Below are positions 19,692 through 29,090 of a stretch of DNA of 64,000 nucleotides, in pieces (positions within the stretch are counted from its first letter, which is position 1; each line of letters starts with the position of its first letter). The position numbers and the translations under genes are program-made. Where the stretch lies: the sequence record LT603033.1. One strand, given 5' to 3'. The notes beneath the pieces were generated by a model, which was given only the letters and a program-made list of their open reading frames with translations, was not told the origin of the DNA and did not search any database.

Positions 19692-20527
19692 TACTCGAAA
19701 AAATGACTAGGATCATATTTTAGTCCATCAATTTCCCATTGATGATTACATCCATCACATTCTACTTCAATACTATGTGATACTCCAATTTCAAGTACTT
19801 CATCCATTTTTTCACGAATTAGTTTAAGTACTCCCTTCGATTGTTGTCCAAGCCATTCATTAATAAATTCTTTTTCAACTACTTCATCACCATCTGGTGT
19901 TATAATTTTTGCAATAACTCCACCGATCATGTCGAAGTTAAGTTGAGCCATGTTTTCAAATACTTCAGAAAATATTTTTACTTTTTCATCTTTATCAATA
20001 TCAGCAGTTTCAAGAAACTTAGTCTTCTGCTGCTCACTGAACATGCGTTCAGCAAACGATGAATATTCTTTCCATGTCAGTGGTCTAAATTCTAAACGGA
20101 GTCCATTATCTAAATCAATTGATGGGATTTCTTCAAATGCTTGTGCAGTTTCAAGAAGATATGATAGATTACGCTCAAATCGACCTTCTTTTTCACATTC
20201 AGGACATACAACGTTAATATCATATGTTTCTTCTTTGGAAGCAACTTTAATAGCAATAAGAAGCATTTCAACGTCATTTACATACAACTCATCAGCGTCA
20301 ATTACATTAGGAACACAGTTTTCAATAACACGGGATACTGCATCTCCGTTTAGTAACATATCGGGGGTATTAAGTGTCATTTCATCACGTGCACTACGTG
20401 CACAAACTCCACATTTGACACCTTTTGGACCTAGAACTCCTTCTTTGTAAGGAATAACGCCGTTTGTAACTAACTTAGTACTGATCTCTTCAATTTTAGT
20501 GTACTTAGCAAGTGGATTCATAGCCAT
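19691..20527 (-). CDS. gp26: Baseplate hub subunit (gp26-like)
   Basis: NPLAKY; ARDEMTLNTPDMLLNGDAVSRVIENCVP; DVEMLLIAIKVAS; CPEC and CDGC zinc motifs. Confidence 0.8.
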   Translation of the reverse strand: MAMNPLAKYTKIEEISTKLVTNGVIPYKEGVLGPKGVKCGVCARSARDEMTLNTPDMLLNGDAVSRVIENCVPNVIDADELYVNDVEMLLIAIKVASKEETYDINVVCPECEKEGRFERNLSYLLETAQAFEEIPSIDLDNGLRLEFRPLTWKEYSSFAERMFSEQQKTKFLETADIDKDEKVKIFSEVFENMAQLNFDMIGGVIAKIITPDGDEVVEKEFINEWLGQQSKGVLKLIREKMDEVLEIGVSHSIEVECDGCNHQWEIDGLKYDPSHFFE

Positions 20528-20561
20528 TTTATTAAATCTCCATGTAATAAATGTGTTTTAG

Positions 20562-20569
20562 TATTTATA
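20562..20569 (-). promoter_or_regulatory. T4-type late promoter (TATAAATA) for gp26
   Basis: Exact consensus upstream of ATG 20527. Confidence 0.7.
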
Positions 20570-20617
20570 AGACCAAAAAAGATTAAATTAAACTAATTTT
20601 TATATTCTCTATAGTTT

Positions 20618-20625
20618 CATAAATA
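20618..20625 (+). promoter_or_regulatory. T4-type late promoter (CATAAATA) for the tape-measure/head operon
   Basis: Divergent partner of the 20562 promoter, upstream of ATG 20658. Confidence 0.65.
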
Positions 20626-20657
20626 TTTCTATAATACATCTATTAAAAGGGAATGTT

Positions 20658-22862
20658 ATGGCTGGAAATACAAGTGATTACCTACTCCAGCAGTTGGTTA
20701 ATCAAACTAAAGATAACAACGATAGTTTGAGTGCTATACGTGAGTTATTGGCTGAAAATATAAAAAATGATAGAAAGAAATCCGGTTCTAAAAGTGGAAA
20801 ACGTAATGGAAGTAATTCATCAAGTACTGGAAACCGTGGCTCTCGAACAAATAACAAAGCTGATGATGGTAAAGAATTTGGAAAAATATTTAAATCATTA
20901 TCATCTGAAGTATCGAATGTCGGCAAAACTATGATGAGTACGTCTGCAAACGTTAGCAATGTTGTAAACTCACTAGGAATGAGTGCATCTTCATTTGCTG
21001 GTTCATTAGCAATGATCCCAGGTCCAGTTGGTGCAGCAGCATCTGCCTTCAAATTGGTTGCTGACGCTGGTTTAGCAGTTTATAATGTGTTAAATGCACA
21101 GCTTGAAGTTTATAATAGAATAAACAGTGCTGGTGTCGCTCTATCTGAAGGTTACGGCTCCATATTAAAAGGTGCTGGTGCATCAATGATGAGTATTGAT
21201 GCATTTGGTGAAGCATTACAAACTCATAGTGCCGTTGTTGCACAATTAGATGGTGCATATGGTGATGGTGTTTCTACATTTGGTAAATTGTTGGGTACTG
21301 TGCAACAAGCACAAAATCAATTAGGTTTATATGGTGTTTCACAAAAAACATTAACTGATTTAACTGCACGTAATATTAAATTCCAAAAGCAATTTGGTGG
21401 AAGAGAAATGTTACGTAGTATGGATCAAGCAAAAAGTACTGAACAGTTTATCATGAGCATGACTAAGTTCAGTAAAAGCATGGGTGAGTCAGTTGATGCA
21501 CTATTAAATAAAACACAAAACTTAGATAAATCATTAGACACACGTTCAATGCAAATCGCATTACAAAACTATTCTGGATTATCTAGTAAAGCAGCAGTTG
21601 CAACATCAAAAGCATTTAACGAAGCGGCTGCCAGTATGGGTGATGCTGGTGCAGATTTTCTACGTTTAATTTCACATCGTTTAACCATTGGTGGAGTACC
21701 AGATGATTTATTGACTCCAGTACTGAACCAATTTGCTGATTTAGGTGAGAACTTGGTACGTAGTGGTGTTACTGATTCACAAGAAATTCGCCGTCAACAA
21801 TTGGAATTTGTTAAAAAGAACAAAGAACTAATAAAGCAAGATTTATTAAATCAGATACAATTAGGAAACACTACGGCAGCAACCTTCAACCAACAACTAC
21901 TTGATATGGAAGCTGCGATTAATGATCCTAAGAGTCAACCAGCAGATAAACTAACACAATTCACTGATAGATTCAATAGATGGATTAGTAAAGAATTTAC
22001 TGAACCATTTAATAAAATGTATGCAGATACACAAAATTCTATTGCGGATTACCTTACTGATATTGCAGACCGTACTGATGGTGCATGGGAATTTATCGGA
22101 GAGTTAGCACTTGATGGTTTTGGTTTGGTTCCTATTGCGAAAGATGCAGTTGCGTATTTGGATAGGATTGGTGGTGAGTTTGAGCAGTGGTTAGAAGGGT
22201 TAGGTACTGAAATTTTTGGTAGTGGATATAATAAAGTTTCAGAAGCATTTGATAGCTTTATGAATAACCTAATGGATCTTCCTGGTAAACTTTGGGATTC
22301 TGTTAAAGGTTGGTTTGGTGGTTCAGACGACAAAGTAAAAGTAGAAAACAATTCTGTTACCGATGGTGCAGAAAAAGTTAATAATTATTTTGAAGAAAAA
22401 ATGAATTCATTTGGTGATTATATTTCTAGTTCATTTGATGGTTTTTTAAAATGGAATTCAAGTAGAAACTTTAAACAACCAAAACCCCTTGATGAATCAG
22501 TTGCTGAAAAACTTATTAGTAGTGGTCTTGAAAATAAGCCAAGAGCAACTGCGAGAATCGAAAAATCTGAACATGTTGCACCATATGTTACCATAACTCC
22601 AAAAACTTTTGATAAATCAGCATGGGGTCCAAATGAACCACCAATTCAAGCTGAACCGGACGATTATGAGGCCATGAAAGCGATGATAAATAGTGGTAGT
22701 AGTATGGCAAATGCTAATAATAATGCCACAATATCAGAAGACATGAAAGAGTTACTTAAAAAACTTGCTGATGTTAATGAGCAATCTCTATCTGCCGTGC
22801 AACAGACAAATAACTATCTAAGAACTATCTCTGAAAACACTCAAGGTGAGAGAAACAGTTAA
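20658..22862 (+). CDS. Probable tape-measure / baseplate hub protein (gp29-like)
   Basis: 734 aa, Ala/Gly/Ser-rich and helical-looking, late promoter, divergent from gp26; no enzymatic motif seen. Confidence 0.45.
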   Translation: MAGNTSDYLLQQLVNQTKDNNDSLSAIRELLAENIKNDRKKSGSKSGKRNGSNSSSTGNRGSRTNNKADDGKEFGKIFKSLSSEVSNVGKTMMSTSANVSNVVNSLGMSASSFAGSLAMIPGPVGAAASAFKLVADAGLAVYNVLNAQLEVYNRINSAGVALSEGYGSILKGAGASMMSIDAFGEALQTHSAVVAQLDGAYGDGVSTFGKLLGTVQQAQNQLGLYGVSQKTLTDLTARNIKFQKQFGGREMLRSMDQAKSTEQFIMSMTKFSKSMGESVDALLNKTQNLDKSLDTRSMQIALQNYSGLSSKAAVATSKAFNEAAASMGDAGADFLRLISHRLTIGGVPDDLLTPVLNQFADLGENLVRSGVTDSQEIRRQQLEFVKKNKELIKQDLLNQIQLGNTTAATFNQQLLDMEAAINDPKSQPADKLTQFTDRFNRWISKEFTEPFNKMYADTQNSIADYLTDIADRTDGAWEFIGELALDGFGLVPIAKDAVAYLDRIGGEFEQWLEGLGTEIFGSGYNKVSEAFDSFMNNLMDLPGKLWDSVKGWFGGSDDKVKVENNSVTDGAEKVNNYFEEKMNSFGDYISSSFDGFLKWNSSRNFKQPKPLDESVAEKLISSGLENKPRATARIEKSEHVAPYVTITPKTFDKSAWGPNEPPIQAEPDDYEAMKAMINSGSSMANANNNATISEDMKELLKKLADVNEQSLSAVQQTNNYLRTISENTQGERNS

Positions 22863-22873
22863 GGACGAAAATA

Positions 22874-24613
22874 ATGAGTTGGAAACGACATATGACAGTG
22901 GGAAGGTCTAAACTATCGACCATCCCGAATCAGTCCAGTAATAGCAATAAATCAACAGGAACGAAAACAAATTTCGCTTCCTATCTTCCTGTTGTATATA
23001 ATGGATTGGCAAACCGTACTGAGCGTTATAGTCAGTATGAGCAAATGGACCAAGATCCTGAAATTAGAACTGCATTGAATATAATTGCTGACTTTTGTAC
23101 CCAAAGTACTGAAGATTTTGGTTTACCATATAAAATCAAATATAAAGATGATATTGGTGATACTGAAGTAACTACTATTGAAGATCGTTTAGATGCATGG
23201 ACTGAACAAAATGATTTTAAAACACGAATGTATGAAATTGTGCGTGGTCTTCTGAAATATGGTGATCAATTTTTCATTCGAGATCCAGAAACATTCGATT
23301 GGTATTGGGTAAGTCCCAAAAATGTTGAGCAAGTATTTGTTAACGAAGCCACTGGTAAAACACCAGTAATTTATTATATACGTGACGTATCATTAAATTT
23401 GAAAGATAAAGTTTTTAGTAACCTTCAAGTAGGATTTGATAAAACCGCTTATCCAGGAGCTATTCCGACAACAATGGGTGGTGGTGGTTCAGTAGCTGCG
23501 GGTGGTGCATCTGGTTTTACAAGTCAAGGAAATACTGCTGATCCATTCAGTACTAACGGTCAATTAGACGTTATTCCTGTTGGTGCAGAACACGTAATTC
23601 ATCTAACGCTAAATACAGGACAAGATGGGGTATGGCCTTTTGGTACTAGTATACTTGAGGACGTATTTAAAGTCTATAAGCAAAAAGAACTTCTGGAAGA
23701 TAGTATCATAATTTATCGTGTACAACGTGCACCTGAGCGTCGTGTATTTAAAATTGATGTTGGTGATATGCAAGCACATCAAGCGATGGCTTATGTTGAA
23801 AGATTTAAAAATGAAATCCACCAGCGTAGAATACCTTCAAACAAAGGTGGAAGTACTTCATTAATGGATGCAGCATATAATCCATTAAGCATTTTAGAAG
23901 ACTACTTTTTCCCACAAACTTCTGAAGGTCGTGGTTCAGATGTTCAAACATTACCAGGCGGTGATAACTTAGGACAAATTGATGACTTACGTTATTTCAA
24001 TAATAAATTGATTCGTGGTCTTCAAATACCAGCTTCTTATCTACCACAAGGTCCAGATGATGGTGGTGTTTCATTATTTGGTGATGGTGCTACACAAGCT
24101 ATGGCAAGTGAATTGCGATTCAATAATCAATGTATGCGTTATCAACGTTTAGTTGCAAAACATTTTGATGCTGAATTCAAAAGATTTATGGTTAAAAATG
24201 GATATAACATTAGTACTTCATCTTTTGAAGTTATTATGAATCCACCTATTAACTTAGCTTCTTATCGTAAAGCTGAACTAGATGCTAAACTAATTAATAC
24301 ATATCTTCCTCTTAATGACTTGCCTTATATGGCGAAACAAACAATTCTTGAAAAAATGGGCTTTTCTAAAGCTGATATTGTTAAGAATGAACAAATGTGG
24401 TTACAAGAGAATCCACAAGATGGTTCCCAACCTTCTGGTGGTGAAGAAGATTCCGCTGGATTACAGTCTGTTGGTATTGATGCTCCAAATGATCCTGGAA
24501 TGGATCTTGGTATTGATGGAGAAGGTAATTTGGAAAGTGCTGATGCCGAATACCAAGAGCAACAGAGTGGAAGTGGTGGTTTCAACCCTAATAATTTAGG
24601 CAATTCTTTTTAA
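22874..24613 (+). CDS. gp20: Portal protein
   Basis: YEQMDQDPEIRTALNIIAD; LLEDSIIIYRVQRAPERRVFKIDVG; LEDYFFPQTSEGRGSDVQTLPGGDNLGQIDDLRYF. Confidence 0.93.
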   Translation: MSWKRHMTVGRSKLSTIPNQSSNSNKSTGTKTNFASYLPVVYNGLANRTERYSQYEQMDQDPEIRTALNIIADFCTQSTEDFGLPYKIKYKDDIGDTEVTTIEDRLDAWTEQNDFKTRMYEIVRGLLKYGDQFFIRDPETFDWYWVSPKNVEQVFVNEATGKTPVIYYIRDVSLNLKDKVFSNLQVGFDKTAYPGAIPTTMGGGGSVAAGGASGFTSQGNTADPFSTNGQLDVIPVGAEHVIHLTLNTGQDGVWPFGTSILEDVFKVYKQKELLEDSIIIYRVQRAPERRVFKIDVGDMQAHQAMAYVERFKNEIHQRRIPSNKGGSTSLMDAAYNPLSILEDYFFPQTSEGRGSDVQTLPGGDNLGQIDDLRYFNNKLIRGLQIPASYLPQGPDDGGVSLFGDGATQAMASELRFNNQCMRYQRLVAKHFDAEFKRFMVKNGYNISTSSFEVIMNPPINLASYRKAELDAKLINTYLPLNDLPYMAKQTILEKMGFSKADIVKNEQMWLQENPQDGSQPSGGEEDSAGLQSVGIDAPNDPGMDLGIDGEGNLESADAEYQEQQSGSGGFNPNNLGNSF

Positions 24614-24686
24614 ACATAAATAACAGTGTATAAGAATGAGGGTTTATTTTTACCCTCATTTATAATGCATATTTCAAGGAGATCAA

Positions 24687-24914
24687 ATGTTAAAGGACAT
24701 CTTTGAATCTAGCAGTGATTCAATGTACGACCCTGAAGATGATCAGAACGTATATAAAATTACTGATTCCAGAAAACCGAAACTAACATTACAAGTATTA
24801 AACAACTTAAGAAAGTACCGTGAATTTAAAGCACATGAAGAACAACGCCGCAAAAATGTGGTTGCAGTTGTTTATGCCGCTGCACCAACAGGTGACGGTT
24901 CTGGGTTAATGTAA
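24687..24914 (+). CDS. Small prohead core-like protein
   Basis: 75 aa between portal and protease with its own late promoter (CATAAATA 24615-24622); IFES motif resembles a protease site. Confidence 0.4.
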   Translation: MLKDIFESSSDSMYDPEDDQNVYKITDSRKPKLTLQVLNNLRKYREFKAHEEQRRKNVVAVVYAAAPTGDGSGLM

Positions 24915-25003
24915 ACCGAAAATCGCACTTTTTAAAGCTTTTAAAAAAGGCGATTTTATTCAGTACTAAATAATATCATACTTTATACGAATGTAATATA
25001 TCT

Positions 25004-25864
25004 ATGGAGGATATAATGGCGAATTTAAAACTACTACAAGAAGCAATTGCGGCGTTTGCAAATGGCGAACAAGATATTGCTGATAAAAAAATGCGTAAGT
25101 ATTTCGTTGAGCAAGCTCAAGAAATTAACAAACAACTAGAAGAAAGCATGGAAGATGAAGACGACGATGAAGATTGTGAAGTCGAAGTTAAAGTCAAAGA
25201 TGAAGAAAAGCTTGACGAAGATTTTGATGTACAACCAGACGAAGGTCTAAATGCTGAAATCGAATACACCCTTGGTGAAGAAGATGAAAGTGCAGAAGAA
25301 GAAGTTGAATTCTCTGCTGATGCAGATGGTGACGGTGAAGACGATGTTGACGTTGAAGTGAAAGCTGATGCTGATGTTCCTTCCGAAGACCAATGGGAAT
25401 CAATCCAAGATGCTTTCCGTGGCCTACAACAAATGTTTGATGAAATCGGTGACGGTGAAGTTGATCTAGATTCTGAAGAAGAAGTAGAAGATAGCGAAGA
25501 AGAAGTTGGTGTTGACGGTGACGACGAATTTGCTGATGTTGAATTCGGCGATGAAAAATTCGGTGAATCCTTCAAACTAGAAAAAGTTGCTCCAGTTGAT
25601 AAGAAAGAAAAAGCTGGCACTCATTCCAAATCTCCAGTAGCACCAGAAGCTAAATCTCCAGTAGCAGGAGCAGAGCCAGTTAAATTCGCTAAGAAAACTG
25701 ACCAAGCCCCACTACTAGACCTAGATGATAAATCTGTTCTACCAAAAGATAGCCTAGATCTTGGTAAAAATGCTCGCGGTGAAATGAAAGATGTTAAAGC
25801 ACCAAAAACTACTGCATCTAATTCTAAATCACCACTAAGCAAAGCACAACCTAAACTAAAATAA
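25004..25864 (+). CDS. Highly acidic prohead core protein (gp67-like)
   Basis: Extremely D/E-rich 286 aa directly upstream of the protease; basic KSPVA-repeat C-terminus. Confidence 0.5.
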   Translation: MEDIMANLKLLQEAIAAFANGEQDIADKKMRKYFVEQAQEINKQLEESMEDEDDDEDCEVEVKVKDEEKLDEDFDVQPDEGLNAEIEYTLGEEDESAEEEVEFSADADGDGEDDVDVEVKADADVPSEDQWESIQDAFRGLQQMFDEIGDGEVDLDSEEEVEDSEEEVGVDGDDEFADVEFGDEKFGESFKLEKVAPVDKKEKAGTHSKSPVAPEAKSPVAGAEPVKFAKKTDQAPLLDLDDKSVLPKDSLDLGKNARGEMKDVKAPKTTASNSKSPLSKAQPKLK

Positions 25865-25884
25865 ATATCTGAAAGGAGATCATT

Positions 25885-26508
25885 ATGAGTAGTATGATTC
25901 GTGAATGGTCTTCATTCAATGATTCTAAAGTTGTTTTGGAACATCGTGATAATGGATTTGGTGGGCGTGACTGCTATCTTCGTGGTATTGCTATTCAAGC
26001 CGACCAACGAAATTTGAACGAGAGAATTTACCCTTTATCTGAAATTACAAGGGCAGTAAATAACATGAACCAGCGTTTAGCTAAAGGTGAAAGCATTCTT
26101 GTTGAATGTGACCATCCAGAAACACTAACTATTAACCTAGACCGTGTAGCAGCAATGATTACTAAGGTTTGGATGGAAGGTGCTAATGGTATGGCAGAAA
26201 TCAAACTACTTGATACTGCACATGGTCAGAATATCCGTAAAATGCTAGAGGCTGGTGTAAAACTTGGTGTAAGTTCTCGCGGTTCCGGTAACGTTGATTA
26301 TAATGGAATAGTTTCTGATTTTGAAATTATCACTATTGATATTGTTGCTCAACCTAGTGCTCCAGAAGCATACCCAACAGCGGTATTTGAATCTCTGATG
26401 AGTAAGTACGGATCACCTTGTAATAGTTCTAAAAAAATCACTGAATCTAAAAAAGTAAATAATTTAGATTCTGAAATATACGATTTTTTCAAGAAATTAA
26501 AAGGTTAA
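25885..26508 (+). CDS. gp21: Prohead protease
   Basis: GIAIQADQRNLNERIYP; ECDHPE; LGVSSRGSG; FEIITIDIVAQPSAPEAYP. Confidence 0.9.
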   Translation: MSSMIREWSSFNDSKVVLEHRDNGFGGRDCYLRGIAIQADQRNLNERIYPLSEITRAVNNMNQRLAKGESILVECDHPETLTINLDRVAAMITKVWMEGANGMAEIKLLDTAHGQNIRKMLEAGVKLGVSSRGSGNVDYNGIVSDFEIITIDIVAQPSAPEAYPTAVFESLMSKYGSPCNSSKKITESKKVNNLDSEIYDFFKKLKG

Positions 26509-26574
26509 CATTTTAAAAATATAAATATCTGTATGTTGAAGTACAGATATTTCAGTACTTAAAGGAGAGAACGA

Positions 26575-27690
26575 ATGTCTAAATTAGAAAAGCTTCTAAA
26601 AGAATCATCTCTTTCTGATGAGGCAAAACAGCTAATTCAGGAAGCATGGAATGAAGAAAAGAATACACTAGCCGCAGAGATGCGTGAAGAAATGAAAGGC
26701 CGTTATCAGCAAGATTTGGCTGAACTAACCGAAGGTTTGAACACGATGGTTACTCAAGTCATTGCTGAAGAAATGGGTGCTGTATATGAAGAGAAAAAAC
26801 GTCTCGTTGAAGATCGTGTAACTCTACGTAAAACACTAAGCAATTTCTCTGCGTTTTCAAACTCTGTTTTGGCTGAAGAAGTTAAACAAATGCGTAAAGA
26901 ACGTAAGCATCTTCATGAATGCATGGGTAAATTCGTTAATTTTTCTAACGGTATCCTAGCAGAAGAGCTAAAAGAATTCCACACTGAAAAACGCCAACTA
27001 GTAGAAACTCGCGTTAAACTACTTGCTGAAGGTTCACGTCAAATTGCTGAAGCTCGTAATAACTTCATCAAACGTACATCTGAAAGTGCTGCTAAATATA
27101 TTGCAGAAACCACTCAGAAGAATCTATATGCGTTGAAACAAGATCTAGTGGAAGCAAAACAAAATATGTTTGGTCGTAAAATCTTTGAAGCATTTGCTCA
27201 AGAGTTTAATGTCAAACAATTTAATGAAAACTCATTGCTACGTTCCCTAACTGAATCAATTAAATCTAAAGAAGATGAAATTGCTCAAGTTAAGCAAGAA
27301 CTACATGAAACTGCTAATGCCGTTAAAGCTGCTAAAACCAAACTACGTATTATGGAAGATGCACAAGCACGTAATGCGATTATGTCTGAACTAGTAAAAC
27401 CACTAACTGCACAGCAAAAACAAATTATGGAATCCCTTCTAGCTACTTCACCTACTGAAAAGCTTAAAGAAGATTTCAGCAAGTACCATAAGTCAGTACT
27501 TAACGGTACTAAAGTAAATGAATCTGCTACCACTCGTCAAGCAGTTCAGTCTTCCGCTAAGAAAACTCTTGCAGAAGGTAAAGTAATCACTGGCAACCGT
27601 CAGGCTATTGTTGAAAGCGAAGAAATGACCGCTGACGATATGGCATTCCTAAAAGAACTAGATGTTCTTTCAGGTATCAATAAAAAATAA
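26575..27690 (+). CDS. gp22: Prohead scaffold protein
   Basis: 371-aa coiled coil between protease and MCP; late promoter TATAAATA at 26520-26527. Confidence 0.8.
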   Translation: MSKLEKLLKESSLSDEAKQLIQEAWNEEKNTLAAEMREEMKGRYQQDLAELTEGLNTMVTQVIAEEMGAVYEEKKRLVEDRVTLRKTLSNFSAFSNSVLAEEVKQMRKERKHLHECMGKFVNFSNGILAEELKEFHTEKRQLVETRVKLLAEGSRQIAEARNNFIKRTSESAAKYIAETTQKNLYALKQDLVEAKQNMFGRKIFEAFAQEFNVKQFNENSLLRSLTESIKSKEDEIAQVKQELHETANAVKAAKTKLRIMEDAQARNAIMSELVKPLTAQQKQIMESLLATSPTEKLKEDFSKYHKSVLNGTKVNESATTRQAVQSSAKKTLAEGKVITGNRQAIVESEEMTADDMAFLKELDVLSGINKK

Positions 27691-27728
27691 ACATTTTAAA
27701 GCATTTTAATAATCAAATTTTTCAGTTC

Positions 27729-27736
27729 TATAAATA
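27729..27736 (+). promoter_or_regulatory. T4-type late promoter (TATAAATA) for the major capsid gene
   Basis: Exact consensus, flanked by the inverted repeat TTTTTCAGT/ACTGAAAAA. Confidence 0.75.
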
Positions 27737-27781
27737 ATATCATACTGAAAAACGAATATAACATCTTTAAGGAGATATATA

Positions 27782-28957
27782 ATGTCACAACTACTAAATG
27801 AATCCAAATGGGTAGCAGTAAAAGAGAAACTAGTTGAAGGTCTACAGGGTACTCGTAAGTCTGTAATGGAAACTGTTCTTGATAACCATCGTAAAGTTAT
27901 GCTAACTGAATCCGCAACTTCTGGTGCAACTACCGCTGGTAACATCGCTACTCTAAACAAAGTGATTCTACCAATTATGCGTCGTGTAATGCCAACCGTT
28001 ATTGCTAACGAAATCATCGGTGTTCAACCTATGACTGGTCCAGTTGGTCAGATCCACACCCTACGTGTACAATATGCTGATAACGCACCTGGTGTAATCG
28101 CTGGTGAAGAAATGCTTTCTCCATACAAAATCGCTAAATCTTACTCTGGTGATCTAAATGCGGATAATAGCAACCCACAAGCTGCTCCTACTAGCCAACT
28201 AGAAGGTACTATGGGTCGTCGCGTTAACATCCGTATTCTACGTGAAACTGTTGAAGCGAAATCTCGTCGTCTATCTGCACGTTGGACTGTTGAATCTGCA
28301 CAAGATGCACAATCCCAACATGGTGTTGACGTTGAAGCAGAACTAATGGCTGCAATCGCTCAAGAAGTTACCGTAGAAATCGACCAAGAGCTACTAAGCC
28401 GTCTACGTGCACTACCTGGTGCTGCTGCTGTAACTTATGACCAATCTAAAGTTACTGGTGTTGCAACCTTCGTTGGTGATGAGCACGCTGCTCTAGCAAC
28501 TCTAATTAACCGTCAAGCAAACGAAGTTGCTCGTCGTACTAAGCGTGGTGCTGCAAACTGGGCTGTTGTTTCCCCAACTGCACTAACCATTCTACAATCT
28601 GCTACTACTTCTAGCTTTGCACGTACCACTGAAGGTACTTTCGAAGCCCCAACTAACGTTAAGTTTGTAGGTACTCTAAACAGCACTATGCGTATTTTTG
28701 TTGATACTTATGCAAGTGATGCAGAAGATATTCTAATTGGTTATAAAGGTAATGCAGAAACTGATGCTGGTGTGTTCTATTGCCCATACATCCCACTAAT
28801 GGCTTCCGGTACTGTAATGGACCCTAACACTGGGGAATTGGTCACAACTTTCCTTACCAGGTATGGTTATGTACAATTGACTGATAGTACTTCTTCTCTT
28901 GGTAACGCTGCTGACTACTACAGCAAAATCGCTATCAAAAACGTTACTTTCATGTAA
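27782..28957 (+). CDS. gp23: Major capsid protein
   Basis: LPIMRRVMPTVIANEIIGVQPMTGPVGQI; VEAKSRRLSARWT; GYKG...FYCPYIPL; TRYG; strong codon bias. Confidence 0.95.
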   Translation: MSQLLNESKWVAVKEKLVEGLQGTRKSVMETVLDNHRKVMLTESATSGATTAGNIATLNKVILPIMRRVMPTVIANEIIGVQPMTGPVGQIHTLRVQYADNAPGVIAGEEMLSPYKIAKSYSGDLNADNSNPQAAPTSQLEGTMGRRVNIRILRETVEAKSRRLSARWTVESAQDAQSQHGVDVEAELMAAIAQEVTVEIDQELLSRLRALPGAAAVTYDQSKVTGVATFVGDEHAALATLINRQANEVARRTKRGAANWAVVSPTALTILQSATTSSFARTTEGTFEAPTNVKFVGTLNSTMRIFVDTYASDAEDILIGYKGNAETDAGVFYCPYIPLMASGTVMDPNTGELVTTFLTRYGYVQLTDSTSSLGNAADYYSKIAIKNVTFM

Positions 28958-29000
28958 TTGTAATCGATTTAAAAGATTTAATCAAGAAATTAAAAACAAT

Positions 29001-29030
29001 AGGGACTCTTCGGAGTCCCTTTTCTTTTTT
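29001..29030 (+). terminator. Intrinsic terminator after MCP
   Basis: AGGGACTC-TTCG-GAGTCCCT followed by TTTCTTTTTT. Confidence 0.85.
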
Positions 29031-29033
29031 GTG

Positions 29034-29062
29034 TTGACATGTCACATTTTTTGTGTAATAAT
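29034..29062 (+). promoter_or_regulatory. Canonical sigma70-type promoter of the homing endonuclease
   Basis: TTGACA-17 nt-AATAAT with extended TG; differs from the phage's YGRGACA class. Confidence 0.6.
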
Positions 29063-29090
29063 ACGCGTACATTATAAATGAAGAAGAGAA

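Noticed and set aside
19482-20527. Programmed frameshift joining gp26 and gp51-like ORFs, as in tail chaperones
   Set aside because: The junction is a simple TAATG stop/start overlap and no slippery heptamer was seen.
25628-25670. Direct repeat AAATCTCCAGTAGCA x2
   Set aside because: Encodes the KSPVA peptide repeat in the core protein; no sign of a DNA-level function.
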